Shown here: positions 40,511 through 50,568 of the stretch, one piece after another
Position numbering within the stretch: the first letter of the stretch is position 1
Layout of the letters: the number at the start of each line of letters is the position of its first letter
Virus record (IMG/VR): IMGVR_UViG_3300047095_000292
Coordinates: 1-64,000 of that record
Direction: 5' to 3' (one strand)
From: a virus
DNA: 64,000 nucleotides
Program-made: the position numbers and the translations under genes
The notes under the pieces: generated by a model
What the model was told of the DNA's origin: nothing
The model's database searches: none
The model's input: only the letters and a program-made list of their open reading frames with translations

Positions 40511-40786
40511 TTATTCACCACGTAGCATAGCACTGAATTCTTTATGTGTACCCTTAAAGACATTGCCTGTTATGTTATTAACAGCCTGTACCTTATCACC
40601 GTCCGGTGTAATGTTCCAGTTTGAGGGGATATTATCAGCACCACCAAGAGGTGTACTAGCTTGTCCTCGTACTTGTTGTAGCTTAGAAGTATCTACAGAT
40701 ACCGCAGCACCTGGAATATTAGGTGCTCGTGCTTGTGGTTCTTCCTGAAGTGTCTTCTTAGAGCCTGGAATATTTAATGCAGCCAT
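40511..40786 (-). CDS. Small head-accessory protein carrying the shared W..NxxTGxxF module
   Basis: PSNWNITPDGDKVQAVNNITGNVFKG. Confidence 0.7.
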   Translation of the reverse strand: MAALNIPGSKKTLQEEPQARAPNIPGAAVSVDTSKLQQVRGQASTPLGGADNIPSNWNITPDGDKVQAVNNITGNVFKGTHKEFSAMLRGE

Positions 40787-40788
40787 CT

Positions 40789-40950
40789 TTATCTCCTAAA
40801 TCGATTTCTCATAATATACATTGAAGGCATTGCACCTGCAATACGTTTACCAATATTTATAGCAACAGCAACTACACCTGCCACCATTCCTCGCCAGCTA
40901 CCTACACGCCAGCAACCTGTGCGCCAACAGCCCTGTCTCCAAGTACTCAT
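40789..40950 (-). CDS. Small Trp/Arg pentapeptide-repeat protein (53 aa, not in ORF track)
   Basis: MSTWRQGCWRTGCWRVGSWRGM...; ATGA overlap with upstream gene; ends 2 nt before next start. Confidence 0.65.
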   Translation of the reverse strand: MSTWRQGCWRTGCWRVGSWRGMVAGVVAVAINIGKRIAGAMPSMYIMRNRFRR

Positions 40951-41666
40951 GGCACTTCCCTAAATGGATCTAAATCGGTACCTGTGCCATAGATAGTAGT
41001 GCCATTCACTTGCTGAACATTAGCATTTACAATACCAGATGCTAGGCGTGAACTAATTGCTGCATCTAGGCGAGCTAATTCAGTAGCAAGCTCAGAGCGT
41101 ACTGCTAGAGCGTTATCAATAGCAGAGGGTGCGTTAGACGATGCTATACTACTAATAGCAGCATCAATCCTTGCTAGTTCTACAGCTAGCTCTACTCTAA
41201 CCTGAGCAGCAATAGCTGAGGCACTCGGTGCGGCACCAGAGGTTAGCGCACGTGTACTGTAACCCCATACCTCTGCAGCACTTGCGCCACTACCACCGCC
41301 TGTTGCAACTGTAATAGCTTGCACAGGTTGTGAGTAGTTGATACGTACTATGTAGCTTCCAAGTGTATCTACAAATGGATCACCACCACCATCCACAAGA
41401 AGGATGCCATCACTAACATTAAGTGTATGACTGCTCTCCTGTGGTCTAACACGCCAGTCATTTATTAAGTAAATATACGGTGGAATAGATGTGCCAGCTG
41501 ATAAGTCAATAGTATTACCACCTACTTGACTCATCGCCGGTAGCCATTTACTGTTAGTAGAAATAGCCATCCAATCACACCACCTGCTCCAAAGATCTTT
41601 CACTGACAACGAACTAGTCGCTGACAATGAAATGATCTTTGTTGAACCGTCAAATGTGATTGTCAC
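40947..41666 (-). CDS. Virion structural protein with duplicated AVRxELAxELARxDAAISS repeat
   Basis: Located in head-accessory cluster; internal repeat. Confidence 0.7.
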   Translation of the reverse strand: MTITFDGSTKIISLSATSSLSVKDLWSRWCDWMAISTNSKWLPAMSQVGGNTIDLSAGTSIPPYIYLINDWRVRPQESSHTLNVSDGILLVDGGGDPFVDTLGSYIVRINYSQPVQAITVATGGGSGASAAEVWGYSTRALTSGAAPSASAIAAQVRVELAVELARIDAAISSIASSNAPSAIDNALAVRSELATELARLDAAISSRLASGIVNANVQQVNGTTIYGTGTDLDPFREVP

Positions 41667-41675
41667 ATTAACTCC

Positions 41676-43337
41676 TTAGACGTAGGCACGATCCGTTTCT
41701 GCCGTAGCTGTAATCTTGATTGCCTTAGAAGCAGTTAGACCACTTGCTGCAACAACTGAGACTACAACTGGCTTAGCAGAGCCAGATTTACCTGCTACTA
41801 GCGTTACAGCAGTATCAGTGCCACCTGTACGTTTACCACCTTCGGTCTGATTGGTGTAATCGTAGGTAAATGCAATAGATGCTGAGCCAACAGTACCAGA
41901 GATATTCACATTATCTTTATCACGAACAACTACAGCTGTAGCAGTACCCCAGTCATTGGTAGTTGTAAGGTCTGTGTAATACAATACATACCAGCCACCT
42001 ACTAAGTTAGCGGAGAACTCTAGTGTACCCGCACTTGCGTAGGGATATTCACGAAGAACAGCTGTATTGTCATAGAACTGGATAGTATTAATATCAGCAG
42101 CACTTACACCTTCTACAGCAACACCAGTACCACCACCTGCAGGGTTAGTTGGAGCATATACACCACAGACTAGTTTAGCAGTCCAATTCATTAACAGTGA
42201 AGCTGTCTTACCAATTACGCTAGTGGCTTGACTGTTAATAGAGGTAGCTTGCAATAGCTTTGCCTGCACATATGAGTAGATCTGGCGCAGAGTAGCAGTA
42301 GATGCAACAGTTGGATACAGCGTGAATGATGCACCTGATGCAGCAGGAATCGTAGCAGTCGTAGTAACAGTACCGGCGGCAGGGCTACCAGAGATAGTGT
42401 AAGTGCCAGCACCTGCGCCACTATGAACAACTAGGGTACCGCCTGTAAAGTTAGCACCAGTAATGCCAGCAGCAGCAGTGGTGAAGGAGGTAGTACCATT
42501 AGATACGCCATCTACACCTGAGTGTGTGCCTACGTCGACTACAATACCGTAATGATTAACTGAACCCGCCACACCTGCACCATCTACGTTCTTGATAAAT
42601 GCAGAGGCAAAGTAGTTAATACGCATCTTGTCATATGGAGCAACAGGAGTCGTAATAATATCAGCATATACACCAGTAGCATCAAGGTCGTCTGAGTTAG
42701 ACAATAGCAAGTTGATCAAGTACGAGCCAGTTGCACTCTTACCTGTATCTGCCAAGACTGACTCAGTGTACTTCTTGCCATATACGCGACAGAAGCCTTT
42801 TAGATAATTTGCATTACTAAGGCTACCATGTGTTGCATCACCATACACCTGTACGCCTAAGTTAGCAGCGTCAGTGTAGGTAAAGTCAATAGCAGTACCA
42901 GCAGAGATCTTCTGATAGTATAGCTGAGCTGAAGCTGATACAGTGCCTAGTGACACAACACCTGCATAGGTTGAATTAACGGTACCCGCAGTGGCAGTAC
43001 CATCTGCTCCAGGCGTAGTAGCGGTATACTCATTCCAGCCACCATCACGCAAGTACAGCCGCGAACTACCCGCAAATGTCCATGTATTGTATCGGGTGCC
43101 ATCGAAGCCAATATTAAACTGACCTGACAGGGCGTCGATTGTATAGAACGGAAAGGGATATGCGTTGTATGTTGCAGATTCCCATAGCTGAATCAGCTTA
43201 GAGTATAATGCTTGCCATTGAACGCCATCTTTAGCTACTAAATTGCCTGCTACGTTTAGTGTAATCTCGCGTGTCGTTGTATTGACTGTCAGCTCAGTAC
43301 CTATATTTAATGACGACTTATTTGTAATTTTTGCCAT
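41676..43337 (-). CDS. Virion structural protein (head fibre/decoration-like)
   Basis: 553 aa, T/A/G-rich beta protein; ends DRAYV. Confidence 0.7.
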   Translation of the reverse strand: MAKITNKSSLNIGTELTVNTTTREITLNVAGNLVAKDGVQWQALYSKLIQLWESATYNAYPFPFYTIDALSGQFNIGFDGTRYNTWTFAGSSRLYLRDGGWNEYTATTPGADGTATAGTVNSTYAGVVSLGTVSASAQLYYQKISAGTAIDFTYTDAANLGVQVYGDATHGSLSNANYLKGFCRVYGKKYTESVLADTGKSATGSYLINLLLSNSDDLDATGVYADIITTPVAPYDKMRINYFASAFIKNVDGAGVAGSVNHYGIVVDVGTHSGVDGVSNGTTSFTTAAAGITGANFTGGTLVVHSGAGAGTYTISGSPAAGTVTTTATIPAASGASFTLYPTVASTATLRQIYSYVQAKLLQATSINSQATSVIGKTASLLMNWTAKLVCGVYAPTNPAGGGTGVAVEGVSAADINTIQFYDNTAVLREYPYASAGTLEFSANLVGGWYVLYYTDLTTTNDWGTATAVVVRDKDNVNISGTVGSASIAFTYDYTNQTEGGKRTGGTDTAVTLVAGKSGSAKPVVVSVVAASGLTASKAIKITATAETDRAYV

Positions 43338-43511
43338 TTAAATCTCCTGTGCGTCTATGATATAAGAGCTGCTGATAAACCGAAGTCCATCGCTCATTGT
43401 GAGTACACGCTCAACGTTTACATTTACATCGTTATCTAGCACGATAGGATTGTCGTCTGAGTCAAATATATGACCGAGATATTGGCGATCGGTCGTCGCT
43501 GTTATTTGCAT
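43338..43511 (-). CDS. Hypothetical protein (57 aa, not in ORF track)
   Basis: MQITATTDRQYLGHIFDSDDNPIVLD...; fills the gap between two structural genes. Confidence 0.6.
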   Translation of the reverse strand: MQITATTDRQYLGHIFDSDDNPIVLDNDVNVNVERVLTMSDGLRFISSSYIIDAQEI

Positions 43512-43513
43512 TT

Positions 43514-46141
43514 TCATACGTAAGCCCTATCTATCCGTTGCGCAATTGGTAAGCTTGAGTCTGTTGTAGTTAATGCAAGGTCATAAACTGTATAAACCTC
43601 GTAACCAGCCTTGATAATTTTAATATCGACTGTTTGCGCACCTGAATAGACGTAAGCCCAGCTTGTTGGTGTCGTCTGAGCAATACTACCTACTACAGTA
43701 TTAGTATCACTGGTTGTTATTGTTACATCTGAACCCGTTACTAACCCAGTAAGCGTCAGCGTATTAACATCAAGGGGATACTGTAAGCCCTGCGCTGTAC
43801 TATTACTGTCTGTCAGGCAGGAGATACGTGTGAGTAAGTTTGCAGCATTAGTTGCATTGGCTGAACATTTGATCTTAAAGTAGAATCCAGCAACTTCATC
43901 TACGGTTTCAGTATTCAGATTAGCTCCTGTAAATGCTGTCCATGCCCCATACCCTGACCCAGTGTTGATTGCGTATTCAATGGTCATATTGGTGCTTGTT
44001 GTGATGGTCACGGCACCAGAATTGAACGTATCAATACCAATGATCTTCCAAGGGAACTCACAAATTATATAATCGCCGGAATTAATCAGTGCAACACCAC
44101 CGCCTGAGTTAAAGCCAGAAGTACCAGTAGCAGATGTGGTAAAGTTCTTTGTAATGTAGGCTGCGTTAGCTGCACTGTCCTCATTGAAGAGTAATTGCAA
44201 ACGTCCAGCAGTAGCTGATGTAAAAATATGTGCAAACATACTACCGTAGATGGATAGTAAAGATGCTGGTACTACACCGAAGCCTGTTCCTAGTATGCCG
44301 CAGTTCTTTACTTCCATGTCAAGCGCGCCAGCAACTAGAGCCTTATATGCTGTCACGTTACCTTCACAATTGGCAATCTCAACCTTCTTTGTAGAGTTCA
44401 CGCAGTTAAAGAAAGTTGTTGCAATCAAGTCCATATAGATGCGCTTGAACTGTAAGTTATACGAGTTACCTGCGTCGTTACAGAAGTAAAGCATTGCATT
44501 AGAAGAACCGGCAGTAAGTTTACTAGCATTAGTACCGATATTACGCATCTTACAGTTCTGTGTAAATGATGTATACACAATGCAGGTATCAGGATGCTGG
44601 TTTGCAGTAGATGTGTACCACGAGAAACCATCTATCAAGATGCCATTCGAGTTAGTCAGAATGAGTGCGCCTACAGGAGCATTAGTTACACTAGAGATAC
44701 CTGCATAGTTATCAGCGTATTGAGTATCGTTCAAGATCGTATTCGTACAGTTCTGGATAATAATACCTGAACCTACAATTACACAATCGTTAAATGTCAA
44801 GCCGTCACAGTATTGGAAGTTAGCAGGGTATGCAGCCGCATTAGTGCGCAATGTACGATTTTGAAAATGGCATCCGCTAAATGTGATGTTATTACAGTAA
44901 GTTACACTTGTACCGTAGTCATTGGCGGCAATAGTACCTGTTCTGCCTAGCTTGCAATTAGCAATCGTGCCACCTGCGTAATTGTTAGCTAACACAAATG
45001 TGGCAGCGTCTTGGGCAATAATATAATTACCTACATGGACATTATCAAAGTCAAGTGCAGTAGCAGTCTCAGATATGTTGTAGATATCAAATAAAGCGAG
45101 ATTCTTTAACGTCAATGCGTACGCCTGACTTGACACAATATTCCAATGGCCTATAGCTCCATTAATTCTAATGGAACCTGCATTAGTCATTGCAAAGTCT
45201 GGGCGTGATGTAGTTGTTGCATGCGGTACAGAATCAGATGCGCGTGACGCTGTTGCTGCAGATTTGAGAAATACGTTAGGTACTCTAAACTTAGCACCTG
45301 ATGTAGGTATCTTTCCCCAAGCAGTAGTACCATTCCCACCGAACCTGATAATGCCACCTGCTAGACACTCGCAAAATTTATTCTTAGTCTCCGTAAGCAT
45401 ATTGGCTGCTGACCAGAAAGTACCTGTGCCTGTAATACAGGCAGGCCAGAACTCCCATGTGCCATTAGCTGCCTCATCTACCCAACATCCAGGAAGAAAG
45501 AAACCTGCGCCACCGTAGTTAGGAAATTGTACTTGCTGATGTGCAGCACCACTGCCAGTAGTCTCTGATTCGAACCAATATGTTGTGTTATCATTATTGA
45601 TTACAAACTCTTGCGCACGACCTATAGTGAATGCAGCGGCATCATCCACTACTATCTCAAGCCAACCAGTTTGTATTGTACCATTTGCTAGGCATAAGTC
45701 AAGGCCACCTGATTGAACTTCAATCGTCTCATTATCCTGCCACGTGCCTGTTATCGACTTAAACTTGATAATACCAGTAGCTGGCATAGCCGCACCAGCA
45801 GCTGTAGGCACTGCACTAATAGCTGAGGATATACTCATCAGTTCACCAGTAGCGCCAGATGTGACGCCTTGCAGAATAGCGCCTATAGTAGGAACGTTAG
45901 GGGTTCCTGTTAGAGTATCATACTTTATATATTTAACCTTACTACTATCTACAACTACCTTACCGCCAGTAGCAGCAGTCATTGTAAATGAACTCATTGA
46001 GCCAGCCCTAGCTGCTGCTGAGTTCTTACCGTCACGAGTATCAGAATCTATGGTAAATACCGCACCGGAGTTAATAGTAAATGCTTCACCCGCAGTTCTT
46101 GCAGCTGAATCAAATGTCTGACTTGTACTAATAGTCGCCAT
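43514..46141 (-). CDS. Large virion protein with parallel beta-helix-like region (spike/depolymerase-like)
   Basis: Repeats such as NNITFSGCHF, DGLTFNDCVI, NTILND; ends DRAYV. Confidence 0.7.
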   Translation of the reverse strand: MATISTSQTFDSAARTAGEAFTINSGAVFTIDSDTRDGKNSAAARAGSMSSFTMTAATGGKVVVDSSKVKYIKYDTLTGTPNVPTIGAILQGVTSGATGELMSISSAISAVPTAAGAAMPATGIIKFKSITGTWQDNETIEVQSGGLDLCLANGTIQTGWLEIVVDDAAAFTIGRAQEFVINNDNTTYWFESETTGSGAAHQQVQFPNYGGAGFFLPGCWVDEAANGTWEFWPACITGTGTFWSAANMLTETKNKFCECLAGGIIRFGGNGTTAWGKIPTSGAKFRVPNVFLKSAATASRASDSVPHATTTSRPDFAMTNAGSIRINGAIGHWNIVSSQAYALTLKNLALFDIYNISETATALDFDNVHVGNYIIAQDAATFVLANNYAGGTIANCKLGRTGTIAANDYGTSVTYCNNITFSGCHFQNRTLRTNAAAYPANFQYCDGLTFNDCVIVGSGIIIQNCTNTILNDTQYADNYAGISSVTNAPVGALILTNSNGILIDGFSWYTSTANQHPDTCIVYTSFTQNCKMRNIGTNASKLTAGSSNAMLYFCNDAGNSYNLQFKRIYMDLIATTFFNCVNSTKKVEIANCEGNVTAYKALVAGALDMEVKNCGILGTGFGVVPASLLSIYGSMFAHIFTSATAGRLQLLFNEDSAANAAYITKNFTTSATGTSGFNSGGGVALINSGDYIICEFPWKIIGIDTFNSGAVTITTSTNMTIEYAINTGSGYGAWTAFTGANLNTETVDEVAGFYFKIKCSANATNAANLLTRISCLTDSNSTAQGLQYPLDVNTLTLTGLVTGSDVTITTSDTNTVVGSIAQTTPTSWAYVYSGAQTVDIKIIKAGYEVYTVYDLALTTTDSSLPIAQRIDRAYV

Positions 46142-46239
46142 ACTTGTTCTCCTTTAGAGGAATCTATGTTCCTCCGTAGAGGTTTGTTTAAATACACTTT
46201 CAACAAAAGTCTCGAAAGAGACCTTTGCAGGGAGCATAT

Positions 46240-46515
46240 TTAGCCGCCGAATTTTTCTCTTACAGTTGTCTTATCTGCAACATTCAGTGAAAGACTGTTA
46301 CCACGAGACAATGTTACTGTCTCTATACTTACCACAGCCTCAGGCTTAATTACAGGAGCAGGTTCCGTAGGACTAACTACTACTGGAACTGCAGCAGGTG
46401 TAGCCTGTTTAGCCACCATAGCCTTGTAATCATAACCTCTACCACGAAACTTTTCACCAGTTTCAGTATTCTCAGCAAGGATCTCTTCTTGAACCTGTCC
46501 TGTAATCTTCCACAT
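46240..46515 (-). CDS. Small protein with shared W..NxxTGxxF module and Pro-rich linker
   Basis: MWKITGQVQEEILAENTETGEKFRG. Confidence 0.65.
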   Translation of the reverse strand: MWKITGQVQEEILAENTETGEKFRGRGYDYKAMVAKQATPAAVPVVVSPTEPAPVIKPEAVVSIETVTLSRGNSLSLNVADKTTVREKFGG

Positions 46516-46517
46516 GA

Positions 46518-47360
46518 TTAGCTCAATGCAATCTTAACACGGTCAAGAACACAATGTGCAGTAGTTGCACCTGAGGCTAGTTCTACAGTAACAGCTACAT
46601 CAGCATTAGTGTCAATGGCCATGTAGACATTAGCAGGTACTAGGCTTTGTGCAACCTGACGACCAGTGGAACCACGGTTGGATACAGCAGCACCAGTCTT
46701 TGACAGGGTAGTAGTAGTCTGCGAAGAGCTACATACAGAAGTACCGCCAAACTTAGTAGTAGTAGTCTTGGTAGCGCCAGTACCGTCATTGCTTGAACAT
46801 ACTAAGATATCGGCATTACCAAAGGCACCCATTGCAGAACCTGGGATAGTTGCACGGAATGCTGCAATAGCAGTAGTAACAGCGGTGTACTGTGAGCCAG
46901 TACCGATAGTAGTTACCAGAGCACCTGTAGGCTTAGCACCAGTGAACTCAGCAGAGGTAGCTGGATCGAAATAATTAGTGTATACAGTACCAACAGTGGT
47001 AGTTGACATTACACAATAATAGAATCCAGCAGCAGTTGACGGATTGAACGCCGCTGCAGGAAAGTACATCCAACAGCCACCATCATAAATCTGCGGAAGA
47101 GCTACAGTAAGAGTCAATGCACCACCAGCAGTAATAGTACCTGCATTAGGCATAATGATTGGCAGTGATGTATCTACTAACGTACCTTCACTAAGACCGG
47201 CTGCATTCTGTTTCACTGCAAAGATCGCGTTGAAGTTAGCGATAGTATCGTTGAATGACTCACCGGTAACATTGTTCTTTGCTACCACAGTGCCATTGTT
47301 TGAGACTACGTTCCAGTTACCTGGGGAGGTACGTGCTGCTTTACGTTGACTAATATCCAT
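46518..47360 (-). CDS. Virion structural protein with N-terminal shared module
   Basis: PGNWNVVSNNGTVVAKNNVTGESF; T-rich beta body. Confidence 0.7.
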   Translation of the reverse strand: MDISQRKAARTSPGNWNVVSNNGTVVAKNNVTGESFNDTIANFNAIFAVKQNAAGLSEGTLVDTSLPIIMPNAGTITAGGALTLTVALPQIYDGGCWMYFPAAAFNPSTAAGFYYCVMSTTTVGTVYTNYFDPATSAEFTGAKPTGALVTTIGTGSQYTAVTTAIAAFRATIPGSAMGAFGNADILVCSSNDGTGATKTTTTKFGGTSVCSSSQTTTTLSKTGAAVSNRGSTGRQVAQSLVPANVYMAIDTNADVAVTVELASGATTAHCVLDRVKIALS

Positions 47361-47573
47361 GCTAGTTGTTCCTTTAATTATTAGTTTACTTCAAAAATGC
47401 TGTAATGAGCGTTGTACTAGATCATATCTAGCGATATCATTTACCCTGTTCTCTGGCTAATTGTTGGATCTGCCGAAGGATATTGTCATATTCTGTTTTT
47501 AAAGCTGTTGTAGGATTCTTGCGTAGTTTTACCTCTATCTCTAGCTTAGCTTTAAGTAAGTCTTTCAGTGTCT

Positions 47574-47780
47574 TCATGATTTACGATCATACAAATGTTT
47601 ATACTTAGACATAAACGCAGGATTATCTACTACACCCATTACAGGAGTAAGTATCCTGTCCATCTCCACATCAACGCATTTTTGTTTATTGCATAAAGGT
47701 GTGTTGTCACGTTCTGCAATACGTGCAGAGTATTCTTCAATACTACCACATACGGAACATTTGGCTGTGTATAGAGGCAT
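47574..47780 (-). CDS. FmdB-like zinc-ribbon protein
   Basis: MPLYTAKCSVCG...PLC...C...MDRIL. Confidence 0.8.
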   Translation of the reverse strand: MPLYTAKCSVCGSIEEYSARIAERDNTPLCNKQKCVDVEMDRILTPVMGVVDNPAFMSKYKHLYDRKS

Positions 47781-48071
47781 TTACTTAGCCTTCGGTTTCT
47801 TCTTAGGAAATCCCTTTGTTACAAAATCACCTATAATTGGAAGATCTGCCTTTAGACATCTTTTTATAAGCTTACGTGTAAGGTATCCTGGACGACCGAT
47901 AGTCAATACAATATCCTCATGCCTGTCAGTAGTCTTAGGATACTTCCAAGACTTAAATCTACGAGTAGCCTTGACTGTGAACTTAGCATCCCTGATGTAT
48001 TCAATAGTCTTAATTGTAGGATCATTTTGTATAGCAAATAACAATTCGCCAAGTTTCATTGCTGTAATCAA
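47781..48071 (-). CDS. Basic hypothetical protein
   Basis: 96-aa ORF with AAGGAG RBS. Confidence 0.65.
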   Translation of the reverse strand: MITAMKLGELLFAIQNDPTIKTIEYIRDAKFTVKATRRFKSWKYPKTTDRHEDIVLTIGRPGYLTRKLIKRCLKADLPIIGDFVTKGFPKKKPKAK

Positions 48072-48126
48072 GTCATACTCCTTTAATTAGGGGCTTCTGT
48101 AAATGTCATATAATACTTCTTACCTG

Positions 48127-49491
48127 TTAAAACGCAAATCCTCTCTTAGTTACTTTCGTCCCAGTCCTGATAGGAAACATATACTCAGTAAAATAGCGTA
48201 CGCCGTCAGTATAGTGTTCAATACCTTCTTTTTTATCAATAACAGCTGTATCTGCATTATTATCCACCCATGATGTACGCTCAAGGCTCGTTATTACACC
48301 TTGGCATTTACTTGATATATACATATTAGTCTCACCCGCAGCAGTCTTAAACATACGATTAACGCATGCTACACTGTCTACTATGGAAGGAGCCTTAGAA
48401 TGAGCGCAAAGTTCAAAACCATTATTACGAAGAATAGAAAAGTCAGTAGTTCCAACGACAGCAGAAGTCTTTCTACTGTTTCCAGACGGATCCGGGTAGA
48501 CAAATATCTTACAATTCTTTTGACCATTTGGCCAGTACCTTCCCTTAATCGCATCACATAATTGCTGTGTGTCTGCTGCACCTTTAAATTCATCTAGACA
48601 ATGTGCTTGTCCTCCACGTATAGCCCATGCGCTAGAAGCTTGGATCATAACGTTAAAGTCAATTGCTATATGTATATTCTCAGTGATCTGTCCATTACTA
48701 TTCCGCTCCCACTCAGGCAAATCATTCTTTACATGTTCTTTGCGTTTGAAGCAATAGAAGACTGTATTGCCTGATTCTTCAAATGAGGCCAGATATTCCC
48801 TTGCCCACCTGAGGGGGTCAATTGTGTGTCTAATCGCTTCTGTCTCTTCAATGTCAAGGAGAGGGGATCGTGTGTAATCGAAGTGGTATGACTTCCAGGC
48901 AGGATCTTGTTCTTGCTTATTATACATATCATATAAGTAATCATAGCCTTTCGGTGTGGATATTGTCAAGGATCTACCTTGAGAAGGAGCACCTAGCTGT
49001 TTAGCTCTCTTTGCACCCCATCGTGTAGTAATACAAGGTTGAATAATACCTTCCCAAGCCTCCTTAAATCCGATTCCTTTAGTCCAGTCGCGTACTTCAT
49101 CATTAACAACGAAATAAGCTCCTTTGCCGCGTAACCTTGCGACAGCCTCATAAGAAACCAGTCTAAGATTGACATCCTTTGGGAACCACAAAGCTCCACC
49201 GTCTCTGCTATGTTTGACGACATAGTGTTCCATCCCTAATTGATACATTAACAGTGGATAATAAATATCTGTTACTTGATCATAAGTAGGTGCTATGATA
49301 TAGACATTCTTATTAGGAACTTCTTCCCTTAGCTGGATAAGTTCAAAGACTGCCTGTATCGCAGCAACTGCCCCTAAGTGACTCTTACCAAAGCCTCGAC
49401 TGCATACAGCTACACTATTAACAACTGATTTGTTTACAAACAAGTCTGAGAATATTTGGCTCTGACCATGGTGTAGCTTGATTGTTGTCAT
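48127..49491 (-). CDS. terL: Terminase large subunit
   Basis: Walker A CSRGFGKS, Walker B VVNDE, ISTPKG, REYLASF, nuclease AIDFN, PDPSG, HYTDGVRY. Confidence 0.95.
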   Translation of the reverse strand: MTTIKLHHGQSQIFSDLFVNKSVVNSVAVCSRGFGKSHLGAVAAIQAVFELIQLREEVPNKNVYIIAPTYDQVTDIYYPLLMYQLGMEHYVVKHSRDGGALWFPKDVNLRLVSYEAVARLRGKGAYFVVNDEVRDWTKGIGFKEAWEGIIQPCITTRWGAKRAKQLGAPSQGRSLTISTPKGYDYLYDMYNKQEQDPAWKSYHFDYTRSPLLDIEETEAIRHTIDPLRWAREYLASFEESGNTVFYCFKRKEHVKNDLPEWERNSNGQITENIHIAIDFNVMIQASSAWAIRGGQAHCLDEFKGAADTQQLCDAIKGRYWPNGQKNCKIFVYPDPSGNSRKTSAVVGTTDFSILRNNGFELCAHSKAPSIVDSVACVNRMFKTAAGETNMYISSKCQGVITSLERTSWVDNNADTAVIDKKEGIEHYTDGVRYFTEYMFPIRTGTKVTKRGFAF

Positions 49492-49634
49492 CTAGTATTA
49501 TCCCACACTGCTCTTACAGCAATGCGAGCCTCCTGTAGTGTTTTAAATTTACCAAGATCAGTCCGTACTGATTTCAAATAGAAATGTACACTATATTCAT
49601 TACTGCGGACCATAAGGTATATAATTGGTTTCAT
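49488..49634 (-). CDS. Stand-alone AP2-like DNA-binding mini-protein or HNH-AP2 remnant (48 aa)
   Basis: YSVHFYLKSVRTDLGKFKTLQEARIA; ATGA overlaps on both sides. Confidence 0.55.
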   Translation of the reverse strand: MKPIIYLMVRSNEYSVHFYLKSVRTDLGKFKTLQEARIAVRAVWDNTR

Positions 49635-49822
49635 GCACTTAATCCTTCCGGTACACTAAATTTATACTTTTCTTTTCTAGGAACAATGACAAGAGCACGT
49701 GTTGCACCAAGGACTTCTTTCTTAACAAGTGCAATGATCTTATCATACCCTTCAGAAGGATGAAGATCAATATCATACTTTCTAAAGGAGCCATCCTGCA
49801 TACGTACGCCTACTGTTAACAT
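49631..49822 (-). CDS. Hypothetical protein
   Basis: 63-aa ORF with GGAGG RBS. Confidence 0.6.
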   Translation of the reverse strand: MLTVGVRMQDGSFRKYDIDLHPSEGYDKIIALVKKEVLGATRALVIVPRKEKYKFSVPEGLSA

Positions 49823-49824
49823 GG

Positions 49825-50280
49825 CTATTCCTCCGGTCCCTTGAAGGACATATTATCTTCCTCATTACGGTCTACACCTAGAACACTTGTGTCAAAATCT
49901 ACGGGTGATCCAGCTAATTGAATTGTTACAGGAGCTAGTGCTTGTGTGGTAACTTCAACACCTTCAGTTACGCGTGCATAGCCATAACGCATTAGTTCTG
50001 TAATACAGCGTTGCTGTGTGGCAGTTAATTGTGCATGTGCCATTGTCGAGTATTTTGTTCTAGGTAGGTCAAACTCGTCATGTGTCATGTTATATAGTTG
50101 CCTAGTAACTTCCTTATATAACTTTACCATTTCTGCAATAGGGTCAAAGCCTAGTTCCTCTAGCTTTTTAGCTGCTCTACGTGATGCAATATTAACACTA
50201 CCGACTGGCCTACCAATGCCTGTCTTAGAATTCTCACCGCCTGGGAGGTTGAATCTGGGCTTATCAGTCTTTTCTTCCAT
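49825..50280 (-). CDS. Terminase small subunit (putative)
   Basis: GRPVGSVN motif, GFDPIAEMV; upstream of terL; GGAGG RBS. Confidence 0.75.
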   Translation of the reverse strand: MEEKTDKPRFNLPGGENSKTGIGRPVGSVNIASRRAAKKLEELGFDPIAEMVKLYKEVTRQLYNMTHDEFDLPRTKYSTMAHAQLTATQQRCITELMRYGYARVTEGVEVTTQALAPVTIQLAGSPVDFDTSVLGVDRNEEDNMSFKGPEE

Positions 50281-50373
50281 TATTTACCTCCTTCTTTATA
50301 TAAGTTAGATATTTCGTTATAGACTTCTAAACTGCACGTTGTCTCGTGAGTATAGGTTTGTAGAAGTTTCACC

Positions 50374-50568
50374 CTACGGGCATCCGCTCGTCCTTCTGCT
50401 ACAATCTCTTACTGCCATTCTCAAGGCCTCTATCTCTTTAACCAACTCAGCTTCTCGCTCAAGTAACTCCTCAAGAGTCCTATCATGTGCAGTTGGTGGC
50501 TTCACTCTCATTGAAAATAGAAAGGCTAATGCGGTCAGTATAGCTCCTAGAGCAAGATCGTAACTCAT
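50374..50568 (-). CDS. Small membrane-anchored coiled-coil protein
   Basis: MSYDLALGAILTALAFLF plus coiled coil; ATGA coupling. Confidence 0.6.
   Translation of the reverse strand: MSYDLALGAILTALAFLFSMRVKPPTAHDRTLEELLEREAELVKEIEALRMAVRDCSRRTSGCP

Noticed and set aside
48127-49491. Intron or intein in the terminase
   Set aside because: Continuous 454-aa frame with normally spaced motifs and no intein termini
26318-50260. Short N(L/I)PG motif near the N-termini of TerS, the tail chaperone and ORF 40511..40786
   Set aside because: Too short to distinguish from chance, and the chaperone copy may lie upstream of the true start
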